NCBI RefSeq assembly: GCF_055900595.2 | Contig: NZ_CM148325.1 | Strand: one strand, 5' to 3' | Length of the DNA stretch: 64,000 bases | Shown here: in pieces, positions 50,734 to 64,000 of the stretch | Layout of the letters: each line of letters starts with the position of its first letter | How positions within the stretch are numbered: the stretch's first letter is position 1 | The notes under the pieces: generated by a model | The model's database searches: none | What the model was told of the DNA's origin: nothing | Seen by the model: only the letters and a program-made list of their open reading frames with translations | Translations under genes and position numbers: made by a program

Positions 50734-51606
50734 ATGACCATCTATACCTTATCTCACGGGCCGCTAAAGCTGGACGTTTCTGACCGGGGCGGCGTCATCG
50801 AAGGCTTCTGGCGTGACGCGACGCCGCTCTTACGTCCCGGTAAAAAAAGCGGTGTGGCAACCGATGCCTCTTGTTTTCCGCTGGTGCCGTTTGCAAACCG
50901 GGTGAGCGGCAACCATTTTGTCTGGCAGGGGCGTGAGTATCAACTGCAACCGAATATTGAATGGGATGCGCACTATCTGCACGGCGACGGCTGGCTGGGC
51001 GAGTGGCAATGTGTCTCGCGCAGCGATGAAAGCTTGTGTCTGGTATATGAACATCGCACAGGTATTTATCAGTATCGGGTAAGTCAGGCGTTTCATTTAA
51101 CGGCAGATACGCTGACGGTGACGCTCTCTGTCACCAACCAAGGGACAGAGACGCTGCCATTTGGTACCGGCTGGCATCCTTATTTTCCGTTGTCACCACA
51201 AACGCGGATTCAGGCGCAGGCGAGCGGTTACTGGCTGGAGCGGGAGCAGTGGCTGGCGGGTGAGTTTTGCGAGCAGCTACCGCAGGCGCTGGATTTCAAC
51301 CAGTTCGCGCCGTTGCCGCACCAGTGGGTGAACAATGGCTTTGCCGGATGGAATGGTCAGGCCCGCATCGAGCAGCCGCAGGAGGGTTACGCTATCACTA
51401 TGGAAACGATGCCGCCCGCGCCGTGCTATTTCATCTTTGTCTCCGACCCCGCGTTTGATAAAGGGTACGCGTTTGATTTCTTCTGTCTGGAGCCGATGAG
51501 TCATGCGCCGGATGACCATCATCGCCCGGAAGGGGGTGATCTCATTGCGCTTGCGCCGGGGGAATCAACAACCTCAGAGATGTCGTTGCGGGTGGAGTTG
51601 CTGTAA
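50734..51606 (+). CDS. yphB: Aldose 1-epimerase-family protein YphB
   Basis: 290 aa; operon position after yphC. Confidence 0.8.
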   Translation: MTIYTLSHGPLKLDVSDRGGVIEGFWRDATPLLRPGKKSGVATDASCFPLVPFANRVSGNHFVWQGREYQLQPNIEWDAHYLHGDGWLGEWQCVSRSDESLCLVYEHRTGIYQYRVSQAFHLTADTLTVTLSVTNQGTETLPFGTGWHPYFPLSPQTRIQAQASGYWLEREQWLAGEFCEQLPQALDFNQFAPLPHQWVNNGFAGWNGQARIEQPQEGYAITMETMPPAPCYFIFVSDPAFDKGYAFDFFCLEPMSHAPDDHHRPEGGDLIALAPGESTTSEMSLRVELL

Positions 51607-51616
51607 TTTATAAAAT

Positions 51617-51705
51617 GCCTGATGCGACGCTTGCCGCGTCTTATCAGGCCTACAATCGGTGTTGGAACGGTAGGCCGGATCTGGCGTTCACGCCGCATCC
51701 GGCAT
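51617..51705. repeat. REP/BIME element (two inverted REP palindromes) between yphB and yphA
   Basis: GCCTGATGCGACGCTTGCCGCGTCTTATCAGGCCTACA ... GTAGGCCGGATCTGGCGTTCACGCCGCATCCGGCA. Confidence 0.85.
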
Positions 51706-51710
51706 CTTTC

Positions 51711-52133
51711 CTAACGTCGATCGAGAGAAATCGCTCCAGGCCCGGTAATTGCCAACAGCAGGAATGCGCCAGCGATACTGACATTCTTCCAGAAATTAAT
51801 CATATTTGGCCCAACCGCATCGCCGGTCATATCCCAGTAATGGTGACCAATCACCGCCGTACCCAGCGTGTAGAAAATAAACAGCACCGCCAGCGGACGG
51901 GTGAAAAAGCCAAGCACGATTAAAATCGCGGCGGGCACTTCCATAACTACCGCAATAATCGCTGCCAGCATCGGCATTGGCGCGCCCAGCGAGGCCATAT
52001 ATTGGACCGTACCGTCAAAGCCCATCATTTTGGGAAAACCAAAAATAATGAAAATTAAGACCACGGCGATACGGGCAATTAATAACAAAACGGGGCGGGC
52101 AGCACCAAAATCAAAATAACGTAGTGTGTTCAT
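51711..52133 (-). CDS. yphA: DoxX-family inner membrane protein YphA
   Basis: 140 aa from Met at 52133; four hydrophobic segments. Confidence 0.8.
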
Positions 52134-52229
52134 AACCAATCCCTTTGCAAGATAATGTGATTTAAACGTAATACACACTCTGGTACCTCGCCACGCCCCA
52201 GGCGTTGAGATATTCGCTAATTATCCTGG

Positions 52230-53441
<1,212 letters not shown>

Positions 53442-54254
53442 TTAAAGATCCAGCCCAGCCGCTACGTGGCGAATGCCGCGAATCGCTAAACCCGCATCAG
53501 CGTTGATCATCACACCGCTTAATGCGCGATTATTGCGCCGCGATGCCAACATCACATACGGACCCGTAAAATCCGCCGGTTGCGGGAAAAATTGCAGCGG
53601 TAATATGGCGGCAATTTTCTCCGGCGTCAGAGACTGCATTATCGAGGTTTCACTTTGCCCGAGCGCCTGTGGGCCGCGTAGATCGCTGGCCATACCGCAT
53701 GGCCCAACGCCATTCACCCGTACTTTAGGTGCCAGTTCATAGGCCAGTTGGCGAATAAGTCCGGTTGCGGCATGTTTACTGGCGGTGTACAGCGGGCCAC
53801 CGCCGCCGGGATACCAGGCAGCATTGGACAGGGTGAAAATCATGCTGCCTTCACTGGCGATTAACGCCGGAGCGCAGGCTTTTGCGCCCAGCAGGTAACC
53901 GAGTACGTTGACGTTAAACAGCTCGTGGAAGCCGGTTTCGAGCGTCTCTGCGGGAGTATTAACCAGTGAGGCATTGTGATCCCAGATGCCCGCATTGCCG
54001 ATAAAACAATCCAGCTTGCCAGAACGAGTCAGGATCTGATCGACCGCGCGTTGATAATCGGCATAGCAGGTCACGTTACCTTCCACCGCCAGAATATGTT
54101 CGCCAAATCGCTGACGCAGACTGGCGACTTTTGCCGCCGACAGTTCCAGCGTGGCAACCTGCGCACCTTCTTCGATAAATCGCTCGACCAGTGCCAGTCC
54201 TAATCCCGATCCGCCACCAGTAATAAAGATGGACTCGTTATGCAGATCGCTCAT
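53442..54254 (-). CDS. hcaB: 2,3-dihydroxy-2,3-dihydrophenylpropionate dehydrogenase (SDR family)
   Basis: 270 aa; SDR motif [11 protein letters not shown] and YxxxK. Confidence 0.92.
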
Positions 54255-54570
54255 GGCTGCGCCTCCGGTAAGTCGATGAAGATATCACCACCTTCAACGT
54301 GTACTGGATAAGTGGTTAGCGGATCGGTGGCGGGCAGGCATAACGCTTTCCCCGTTTTCAGGCAAAAACTGGCGGCGTGCAGTGGGCACTCTACCGTAGC
54401 ATCATCTTCCAGATACCCTTCTGACATCGACGCATTACCATGACTGCAACGATCGTTAATGGCATAAAACTCGCCGCCAACGTTGAACAGGGCGATGACG
54501 GGCGAGGTATCGATCCGGAGAGCCTCACCCTCCGGCACATCCGCAACGGGACACGCATAAATTCGATTCA

Positions 54571-54571
<1 letters not shown>
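54251..54571 (-). CDS. hcaC: Rieske-type ferredoxin of 3-phenylpropionate dioxygenase
   Basis: 106 aa; Rieske motif CSHGN...CPLHAASF. Confidence 0.93.
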
Positions 54572-56483
<1,912 letters not shown>

Positions 56484-56582
56484 CTATTTTTGTGCCATAA
56501 GGATGTTGCTGGTTGGTTGCTGATATGTGAAATAGTTAATTTCTACCAACTGAGACGTTTTTTCGATAACAGGGGGAAGGTG

Positions 56583-57473
56583 ATGGAACTACGGCATTTA
56601 CGCTATTTCGTCGCAGTGGCGCAGGCACTGAACTTTACCCGTGCGGCGGAAAAACTGCATACCTCACAGCCTTCGTTAAGCAGCCAGATCCGCGATCTCG
56701 AAAACTGTGTTGGTGTTCCGCTACTGGTACGTGATAAACGTAAAGTCGCGTTGACGGCGGCGGGAGAATGTTTTCTCCAGGACGCGCAGGCAATCCTGGA
56801 ACAAGCGGAAAAGGCCAAACAACGAGCGCGGAAAATTGTTCAGGAAGATAAGCATTTAATCATCGGTTTCGTTCCATCGGCGGAAGTGAATTTACTGCCA
56901 AAAGTATTGCCCATGTTCCGACTGAAACAGCCAGAAACTTTGATCGAATTGGTGAGTTTAATTACCACGGAACAGGAAGAAAAAATTCGCCGTGGTGAAC
57001 TGGATGTCGGCTTAATGCGCCATCCTGTTTATAGCCCGGAGATTGATTATCTGGAACTTTTTGACGAACCATTAGTGGTGGTGTTGCCGGTTGATCATCC
57101 TTTAGCACAAGAAAAAGAGATCACCGCCGCGCAGCTGGATGGCGTGAATTTCGTTAGTACCGATCCGGCGTATTCCGGTTCGCTTGCGCCGATCGTTAAG
57201 GAGTGGTTTGCGCAAGAAAACAGCCAGCCGAATATCGTCCAGGTGGCAACCAATATTCTGGTAACGATGAATTTGGTGGGGATGGGGCTTGGCGTAACTT
57301 TGATACCCGGTTATATGAATAATTTTAATACCGGGCAGGTGGTATTTCGGCCAATTGCCGGAAATGTGCCTTCCATTGCCCTACTAATGGCGTGGAAGAA
57401 AGGCGAAATGAAACCGGCATTACGAGATTTCATCGCCATTGTGCAGGAACGTTTGGCAAGCGTAACGGCATAA
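56583..57473 (+). CDS. hcaR: LysR-family activator of the hca operon
   Basis: 296 aa from Met 56583 with strong SD (AGGGGGAAGG); LysR HTH; divergent from hcaE. Confidence 0.9.
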   Translation: MELRHLRYFVAVAQALNFTRAAEKLHTSQPSLSSQIRDLENCVGVPLLVRDKRKVALTAAGECFLQDAQAILEQAEKAKQRARKIVQEDKHLIIGFVPSAEVNLLPKVLPMFRLKQPETLIELVSLITTEQEEKIRRGELDVGLMRHPVYSPEIDYLELFDEPLVVVLPVDHPLAQEKEITAAQLDGVNFVSTDPAYSGSLAPIVKEWFAQENSQPNIVQVATNILVTMNLVGMGLGVTLIPGYMNNFNTGQVVFRPIAGNVPSIALLMAWKKGEMKPALRDFIAIVQERLASVTA

Positions 57474-57633
57474 ATACGCAATAATTTTGCAAGGTGCGTT
57501 GTGGGGCGCAGCTTTTTTAGTGCTTGCGAACAGGCGTTACAGACATCGGGAAGCAGGCTCGAATATTCTTATTTTTCAACTTGCACCAACATTCGATTAA
57601 CCCCAGACTAACGCCTCCTGACGGGAGGGACTC

Positions 57634-58773
57634 ATGGTTTTGCAATCCACGCGCTGGTTGGCGCTCGGTTATTTCACATACTTTTTTAGTTACGGCATTT
57701 TTCTACCTTTCTGGAGCGTCTGGCTTAAGGGGATTGGCTTAACGCCAGAAACTATCGGCCTGTTATTGGGGGCTGGTCTGGTTGCCCGTTTTCTCGGGAG
57801 TTTGATCATCGCGCCCCGCGTTAGCGATCCTTCCCGCCTGATTTCCGCCTTGCGCGTACTGGCACTGCTGACACTTCTCTTTGCTGTCGCCTTCTGGGCG
57901 GGGGCGCATGTAGCGTGGTTGATGGTGGTGATGATTGGCTTTAACCTCTTTTTCTCACCGCTGGTACCGTTGACCGATGCACTGGCGAATACATGGCAAA
58001 AACAGTTCCCGCTTGATTACGGCAAAGTGCGACTGTGGGGCTCGGTGGCGTTTGTCATTGGCTCGGCGCTGACAGGCAAACTGGTCAGTATGTTGGATTA
58101 TCGGGTGATCCTCGCGCTGTTGACGTTGGGCGTGGCGTCCATGCTGCTCGGATTTCTCATTCGTCCAACGATTCAGCCACAAGGGGCTAGCCGTCAGCAG
58201 GAGAGCACGGGAGGGCCAGCCTGGCTGACACTGGTCCGCCAGAACTGGCGCTTTCTGGCCTGCGTTTGTTTATTACAGGGAGCGCATGCAGCCTATTACG
58301 GTTTTAGCGCTATTTACTGGCAGGCAGCTGGGTATTCTGCTTCAGCGGTGGGCTATTTGTGGTCGCTGGGCGTGGTGGCAGAAGTCATTATTTTTGCGCT
58401 GAGTAATAAACTTTTCCGCCGTTGTAGTGCACGCGATATGCTGCTGATCTCGGCAATTAGCGGCGTAATGCGCTGGGGAATTATGGGAGCAACGACGGCG
58501 TTGCCGTGGTTGATAGTAGTGCAAATTCTGCATTGCGGCACCTTCACGGTCTGCCACCTGGCGGCCATGCGTTATATTGCCGCCCGCCAGGGTAGCGAAG
58601 TCATTCGTTTGCAGGCGGTTTACTCTGCCGTTGCAATGGGCGGTAGTATCGCCATCATGACCGTCTTCGCCGGTTTCCTGTATCAATATCTGGGCCACGG
58701 CGTGTTCTGGGTGATGGCGCTGGTGGCGCTTCCGGCAATGTTCTTGCGCCCGAAAGTTGTTCCCTCATGCTGA
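57634..58773 (+). CDS. hcaT: MFS transporter HcaT (putative 3-phenylpropionate transporter)
   Basis: 379 aa, 12-TM-type hydrophobic profile; synteny. Confidence 0.88.
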   Translation: MVLQSTRWLALGYFTYFFSYGIFLPFWSVWLKGIGLTPETIGLLLGAGLVARFLGSLIIAPRVSDPSRLISALRVLALLTLLFAVAFWAGAHVAWLMVVMIGFNLFFSPLVPLTDALANTWQKQFPLDYGKVRLWGSVAFVIGSALTGKLVSMLDYRVILALLTLGVASMLLGFLIRPTIQPQGASRQQESTGGPAWLTLVRQNWRFLACVCLLQGAHAAYYGFSAIYWQAAGYSASAVGYLWSLGVVAEVIIFALSNKLFRRCSARDMLLISAISGVMRWGIMGATTALPWLIVVQILHCGTFTVCHLAAMRYIAARQGSEVIRLQAVYSAVAMGGSIAIMTVFAGFLYQYLGHGVFWVMALVALPAMFLRPKVVPSC

Positions 58774-60045
58774 TTCGAGCATTTTGCGGATCTGCTCCTG
58801 TTGGTGTGTTGTCAGCGTCAGATCTGTGTAGATCAGCGGTGGTGAAAAGAGCGGTAACGGCGTGGTGTAAGGCGCAATAATCAGTGCCGCGCCGCGTGGA
58901 GCACCTCTCTGCAAAAATGCTTTTACCGACATATGCTTAATGTTGAGCGGCAGTAACGTTAGTTCACGTAACTGCTGCTCAATCTGCGCTTCACGCTCGC
59001 TATCATTCCCGGTCAGTAGAATAATCTGTTTTTCATGCAGGTCGTTTTCCTGCATTAGCCAGGCACCGAAAATCACCGCGACCAGACCGCTTTCCTCATC
59101 AGAAAGATGGACGCTGTATTCACTTTCAAATCCGGTCAGCGCCGCGCGGGTGGTGCGCACCAGGCGTGGGTACAGTCTGGAGAACTCTTCTGGCAGGGTG
59201 TTATCAATACCGATGGCAAACAAACTGCGATTTAACGCCTGGGCGAGGTGAGTATAAAGCTGATCTAATAACCCCTGTTCATCATAAAAACGAACATTTC
59301 CCAGCTCACGAAAATGGTTTACCAGACGTTTGATAGACTGACGCAATTGTCTATCCCGCTGATGCGCATCCCGAATTGGATCGGGAACTCGCAACATGGA
59401 AAAAAGTAATGCCATAAATAGTGGCTCATCAGGCGGTACAGGCTGGAGCGCCCGACGCTGCCAGTGGCGTCCAATTTCCTGCGCTACCTGAAATTCCAGG
59501 CAGGATTCTGCCCAGCGACGTTGGAGCGGATTAAACTGAGGCGTAATGCCAGCGTGGTGTTGCAGCAAGCAATATTGCAGATACAGACACAGGAAATGAA
59601 TATCGCGCGATTCAAAGCGTTTTTGTAGCCGTCGAGAGCAGAGATTCACTAACGCTTGTAGATTGGTATCGTCGTAAAAGTTACGCGAAATTCCGCGCCG
59701 CTTTAGTTCACTCTTCAGAGCAGGTGTGAATTGGCTGGTAATAAATGACGGACACAGACGGAAACCACGTCGTAGCCAATGAAATAAACACAAACGTTGG
59801 TTAAGCACTGTGCCTTCAACCCGGTAGCTACCGTCATAACCAGTAGTCAGTGTGAGTTGATGATAGCGCAGGATCTCCCGTCCTGTTTCGCTGATATCAA
59901 GACAGGCAATATCATCATCCACACCATTAAGCTCGCTGAAAGTTGCCGTGGTGGCGGTCAACCCCGGCTGAAAGAGTGTCAGCAAGATCTGGCAGCGGCG
60001 CTGGGGAGCCGAAAGGACAGATGGTGAAGCAAGCGTAGGCATCAT
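58765..60045 (-). CDS. csiE: Stationary-phase inducible protein CsiE
   Basis: 426 aa from second Met; synteny between hcaT and yfhR. Confidence 0.85.
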   Translation of the reverse strand: MMPTLASPSVLSAPQRRCQILLTLFQPGLTATTATFSELNGVDDDIACLDISETGREILRYHQLTLTTGYDGSYRVEGTVLNQRLCLFHWLRRGFRLCPSFITSQFTPALKSELKRRGISRNFYDDTNLQALVNLCSRRLQKRFESRDIHFLCLYLQYCLLQHHAGITPQFNPLQRRWAESCLEFQVAQEIGRHWQRRALQPVPPDEPLFMALLFSMLRVPDPIRDAHQRDRQLRQSIKRLVNHFRELGNVRFYDEQGLLDQLYTHLAQALNRSLFAIGIDNTLPEEFSRLYPRLVRTTRAALTGFESEYSVHLSDEESGLVAVIFGAWLMQENDLHEKQIILLTGNDSEREAQIEQQLRELTLLPLNIKHMSVKAFLQRGAPRGAALIIAPYTTPLPLFSPPLIYTDLTLTTHQQEQIRKMLESA

Positions 60046-60235
60046 CTGTAGATCTCCCATAAGCATAATTGATAAGAATAGCTAAAGTTTGCCCAGGGAA
60101 ATGGCGAAGGGAATGCTAATCATCAGAAATGTTGGCAAGCGTCACAGAATTTTTCTCATCTTAAACTGTTCTGACCAGTGGATTAGCTCGTCTAAAGGTG
60201 GATTTGTGAATGATTATCGCGCTAGCGATCATGGG

Positions 60236-61090
60236 TTAGTTGTGCGGATTCAACGTGCTAAGGATAAAATCCACTATTTGTTCGCGATAAACATCACCGT
60301 GACGATCGGAAAAAGCATCAATGTGTTCGCCGTCAGGGATTAAGATTAAACGTTTTGGCTCTTTTGCCAGATCATACAACTTTTGGCTGTGCTGCCATGG
60401 GATAACGTGATCGGCCTTACCGTGAATGAGTAAAACTGGGATCGGGCTGACGCTGGCGATGTAATTTTCGCCGCTGTAACTCTCATCAAGTAAGTAGCCA
60501 CTGCCGGGGATCATCTGGTTGGCAATGGTTGCATAAGAGGCAAATGTGGAGTCGAGGATCACTGCACGTATGCCCTCACGATCACCCTGACCAACAACAT
60601 CAAGAATATTCGCCCCGCCAATACTCTGCCCGAACAGTACCAGTCGTTGTGGGTTTACATCACTGCGATGGCGCACCACATTGATGGCACTTAGCGTATC
60701 GTCCAGCAATCCGGCCTGAGACGGCGTGCCTTTTGATTTACCAAACCCGCGATAATCAAACATAAAAACGTTGAAATTACGCTCAGGTAACCAACTGACC
60801 AGCGGCCAGTGGGCGGACATATTTCCGGCATTGCCGTGAGCATGAATGATGGTTGCGATGGCGTTGTCAGCGGGGCCTGTCGAAGAAGGGATAAACCAGC
60901 CTTGCAGACGAGTACCGTCCTTAGCTGTAAATTCGACGGATTCCGCCGACCAGGGGTCGGGACCGTAAATTTTGTCGTCGGGATAATAGAAGAAGTTGAT
61001 GGCAACGCGCGGCACTAAATAAACGCAGAAGGCAACAACAAAGAGAATAAACAGAATTTTGAGAACGCGTGTGTTCACTGGCAGTGCCAT
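60236..61090 (-). CDS. yfhR: Alpha/beta-hydrolase (S9 peptidase-like) membrane-anchored protein YfhR
   Basis: 284 aa from Met at 61090; N-terminal TM helix; nucleophile elbow GQSIGG. Confidence 0.85.
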   Translation of the reverse strand: MALPVNTRVLKILFILFVVAFCVYLVPRVAINFFYYPDDKIYGPDPWSAESVEFTAKDGTRLQGWFIPSSTGPADNAIATIIHAHGNAGNMSAHWPLVSWLPERNFNVFMFDYRGFGKSKGTPSQAGLLDDTLSAINVVRHRSDVNPQRLVLFGQSIGGANILDVVGQGDREGIRAVILDSTFASYATIANQMIPGSGYLLDESYSGENYIASVSPIPVLLIHGKADHVIPWQHSQKLYDLAKEPKRLILIPDGEHIDAFSDRHGDVYREQIVDFILSTLNPHN

Positions 61091-61234
61091 AACCTTTCCT
61101 TGCGACTTCTTTATCATCCATTAATCGGGGAAAGATGGTGGGAGAGTGACGAAAGAAAGTAAAGCAGAGCGGAAGCATTTCGGAATAGCGCCTGAAAGGC
61201 GAGGGCGGGTGAGAGAAATCACCCGCCAGAGAAA

Positions 61235-62038
61235 TTAACGCTTCAGGGCGTCGCTTAACTCGTCACGCATGTTCGCCAGCATGGCTTTAACAACGCGCGG
61301 GTTACCGGCAACGATGTTACCGGTCAGCATGTAGTTATGACCACCGTTGAAGTCGCTGACGATGCCGCCCGCTTCACGAACCAGCAGCTCACCTGCGGCG
61401 AAATCCCACGGACGCAGACCGATTTCAAAGAAACCGTCAACGCGACCCGCAGCAACGTAAGCCAGATCCAGCGCCGCAGAACCGGTACGACGGAAGTCTG
61501 CACATTCGTTGAACAGTTTGCCGACGATGTTGATGTAGGTGGTGGCGTACTGTTTTGCTTTGAACGGGAAGCCGGTCGCCAGAATAGTACCGTCGAGATC
61601 GCGAGCGGTGCTGCCGCGCAGACGGTAGCCGTTCAGCTGTGCGCCCTGACCGCGAGTCGCGGTGAACAGTTCGTTACGCATAGGATCATAAACCACAGCA
61701 ACTTCAGTGCGGCCTTTGATACGAACGGCAATAGATACCGCGAAGTGCGGCAGGCGTTTGATAAAGTTGGTAGTGCCATCCAGTGGATCGATAACCCATT
61801 GAACATCCTGATCGGTACCTTCAAGTTCACCGCTTTCTTCGGTGATGATGGTGTGCTGTGGGTAAGATTTACGAATCGTGTCGATAATCACCGCTTCGGC
61901 AGCTTTATCTACGTTGGTCACGAAATCGTTACTGCCTTTCTGGCTCGCTTCTACAGCGTCCGGGGTTTCATAGTTTTTGGCAATTAAATTACCCGCCTTG
62001 CGCGCTGCGCGCACGGCGATGTTCAGCATCGGATGCAT
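61235..62038 (-). CDS. suhB: Inositol monophosphatase SuhB
   Basis: 267 aa; IMPase motif WVIDPLDGTTNF. Confidence 0.96.
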   Translation of the reverse strand: MHPMLNIAVRAARKAGNLIAKNYETPDAVEASQKGSNDFVTNVDKAAEAVIIDTIRKSYPQHTIITEESGELEGTDQDVQWVIDPLDGTTNFIKRLPHFAVSIAVRIKGRTEVAVVYDPMRNELFTATRGQGAQLNGYRLRGSTARDLDGTILATGFPFKAKQYATTYINIVGKLFNECADFRRTGSAALDLAYVAAGRVDGFFEIGLRPWDFAAGELLVREAGGIVSDFNGGHNYMLTGNIVAGNPRVVKAMLANMRDELSDALKR

Positions 62039-62156
62039 CGGTCTCTCTCACTGGATGTTAAAGAACGGGAAAACGGCGCAGAGTATAGCAGCGAGATCGG
62101 CATCTGTCTTCGTTTTATGATAAGATGCGCAAATAATCTTTAGACGAAGAAAGACA

Positions 62157-62897
62157 ATGCTGCAAAATATTCGAATTGTGCTGGTGGAGACGTCACACAC
62201 CGGCAATATGGGTTCTGTTGCCCGTGCCATGAAAACAATGGGCTTAACCAATCTGTGGCTGGTTAATCCATTGGTGAAACCTGACTCCCAGGCGATTGCT
62301 CTGGCAGCAGGGGCCAACGATGTGATTGGTAATGCTCACATTGTCGATACGCTCGACGAAGCGTTAGCCGGTTGTAGCCTGGTGGTTGGCACCAGCGCAC
62401 GTTCCCGCACGCTGCCGTGGCCGATGCTCGACCCGCGTGAATGCGGTTTGAAAAGCGTCGCTGAAGCGGCAAATACGCCGGTGGCACTGGTTTTTGGTCG
62501 TGAGCGCGTTGGCTTGACCAATGAAGAGTTGCAAAAGTGCCATTATCATGTCGCCATTGCCGCTAATCCGGAATACAGTTCGCTGAACCTGGCGATGGCT
62601 GTTCAGGTTATTGCCTATGAAGTGCGCATGGCCTGGCTGGCGACTCAGGAGAACAGCGAGCAGGTTGAACATGACGAGACGCCGTATCCGCTGGTCGATG
62701 ATCTGGAACGTTTTTACGGTCATCTTGAACAAACGCTGCTGGCAACCGGCTTTATCCGTGAAAACCATCCGGGGCAGGTGATGAATAAGCTGCGTCGTCT
62801 GTTTACCCGTGCGCGCCCGGAAAGCCAGGAGTTGAATATCCTGCGCGGGATTCTGGCTTCTATTGAGCAGCAGAATAAAGGTAACAAGGCCGAATAA
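62157..62897 (+). CDS. trmJ: tRNA (cytidine/uridine-2'-O)-methyltransferase TrmJ (SpoU family)
   Basis: 246 aa; SPOUT fold N-terminal domain; synteny with iscR. Confidence 0.92.
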   Translation: MLQNIRIVLVETSHTGNMGSVARAMKTMGLTNLWLVNPLVKPDSQAIALAAGANDVIGNAHIVDTLDEALAGCSLVVGTSARSRTLPWPMLDPRECGLKSVAEAANTPVALVFGRERVGLTNEELQKCHYHVAIAANPEYSSLNLAMAVQVIAYEVRMAWLATQENSEQVEHDETPYPLVDDLERFYGHLEQTLLATGFIRENHPGQVMNKLRRLFTRARPESQELNILRGILASIEQQNKGNKAE

Positions 62898-63029
62898 CCG
62901 AGGTTGCCTGATACGGCGCTTAACGCGTCTTGTCAGGCCTACATTGTACTGAACCCCTGGTCGGATAAAGTGTTTACGCCGCACCCGACAACAGGTACAA
63001 ACGCCACGATAAAAAAATGGCACTGAAGG

Positions 63030-63110
63030 TTAAATACCCGACTAAATCAGTCAAGTAAATAGTTGACCAATTTACTCGGGAATGTCAGACTTGACCCTGC
63101 TATGCAATAC
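63030..63110 (+). promoter_or_regulatory. iscR promoter region with IscR autoregulatory sites
   Basis: Sequence ATAAATACCCGACTAAATCAGTCAAGTAAATAGTTGACCAATTTACTCGGGAATGTCAGACTTGACC resembles the type-1 IscR sites and sigma70 -35/-10 of the isc promoter. Confidence 0.6.
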
Positions 63111-63166
63111 CCCCACTTTTACAATAAAAAACCCCGGGCAGGGGCGAGTTTGAGGTGAAGTAAGAC

Positions 63167-63655
63167 ATGAGACTGACATCTAAAGGGCGCTATGCCGTGA
63201 CCGCAATGCTTGACGTTGCGCTCAACTCTGAAGCGGGCCCGGTACCGTTGGCTGATATTTCCGAACGTCAGGGAATTTCCCTTTCTTATCTGGAACAACT
63301 GTTTTCCCGTCTGCGTAAAAATGGTCTGGTTTCCAGCGTACGCGGACCAGGCGGTGGTTATCTGTTAGGCAAAGATGCCAGCAGCATCGCCGTTGGCGAA
63401 GTGATTAGCGCCGTTGACGAATCTGTAGATGCCACCCGTTGTCAGGGTAAAGGCGGCTGCCAGGGGGGCGATAAATGCCTGACCCATGCGCTGTGGCGTG
63501 ATTTGAGCGACCGCCTCACCGGTTTTCTCAACAACATTACTTTAGGCGAACTGGTTAATAACCAGGAAGTGCTGGATGTATCTGGTCGTCAGCATACTCA
63601 CGACGCGCCACGCACCCGCACACAAGACGCGATCGACGTTAAGTTACGCGCTTAA
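63167..63655 (+). CDS. iscR: Fe-S cluster regulator IscR (Rrf2 family)
   Basis: 162 aa; Rrf2 HTH and three-Cys cluster ligand motif [16 protein letters not shown]. Confidence 0.97.
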
Positions 63656-63896
63656 TTTAACCGTCCTGTTTCGTGTTGCATCTGCGTTGACTGTACATAC
63701 TCACTCCGGTCACTTACTTATGTAAGCTCCCGGAGATTCGTAAGTTTGTCAACTTGCTGAAACCCGAAACAGTTAGGTTAAAGATAACAAGATATTAGAA
63801 TCAGGCCGGGGCGTCTCGCGCTCCGTAAACACGGTCGTACATCCAGCCGGTAGCCTGGTTCCTTGCATTGAGTGATGTACGGAGTTTATAGAGCAA

Positions 63897-64000
63897 TGAA
63901 ATTACCGATTTATCTCGACTACTCCGCAACCACGCCGGTGGACCCGCGTGTTGCCGAGAAAATGATGCAGTTTATGACGATGGACGGAACCTTTGGTAAC
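63897..64000 (+). CDS. iscS: Cysteine desulfurase IscS, 5' fragment (runs off window end)
   Basis: [35 protein letters not shown] matches IscS N-terminus. Confidence 0.93.

Noticed and set aside
61337-61987. 216-aa plus-strand ORF opposite suhB, and 219-aa minus-strand ORF (62364..63023) opposite trmJ
   Set aside because: Antisense to well-supported genes; no motifs; consistent with shadow ORFs.

Overview
This window reads as a contiguous stretch of Escherichia coli / Shigella-type core chromosome, colinear (in inverted orientation) with the K-12 pssA -> iscS region. I do not see a previously undescribed system here. Calls rest on recognising protein motifs and gene order from memory; no database search was run, so strain identity and exact K-12 differences are unverified. 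Gene order is: yfiM, pssA, patZ, tapT(yfiP), trxC, yfiF, ung, grcA, eamB, yfiE, srmB, trmN6, nadB, rpoE-rseABC, lepAB, rnc-era-recO-pdxJ-acpS, shoB, yfhL, an IS1 element, yfhH, pgpC, tadA, mltF, purL, glmY sRNA, glrK-qseG-glrR, glnB, hmp, glyA, yphH, yphGFEDCB, yphA, hcaDBCFE, hcaR, hcaT, csiE, yfhR, suhB, trmJ, iscR and the start of iscS. Almost every ORF matches the expected length of its K-12 counterpart. The one clear non-core feature is a complete 768-bp IS1 (25115..25882) flanked by a perfect 9-bp target-site duplication, which replaces the last 28 codons of the RpiR-family regulator gene yfhH. The least characterised locus is the yphH / yphGFEDCB putative sugar or polyol uptake cluster with its 1093-aa YphG protein. 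No tRNA, rRNA, CRISPR array or prophage was found. Several known regulatory sites and repeats are visible directly in the sequence and are listed below.
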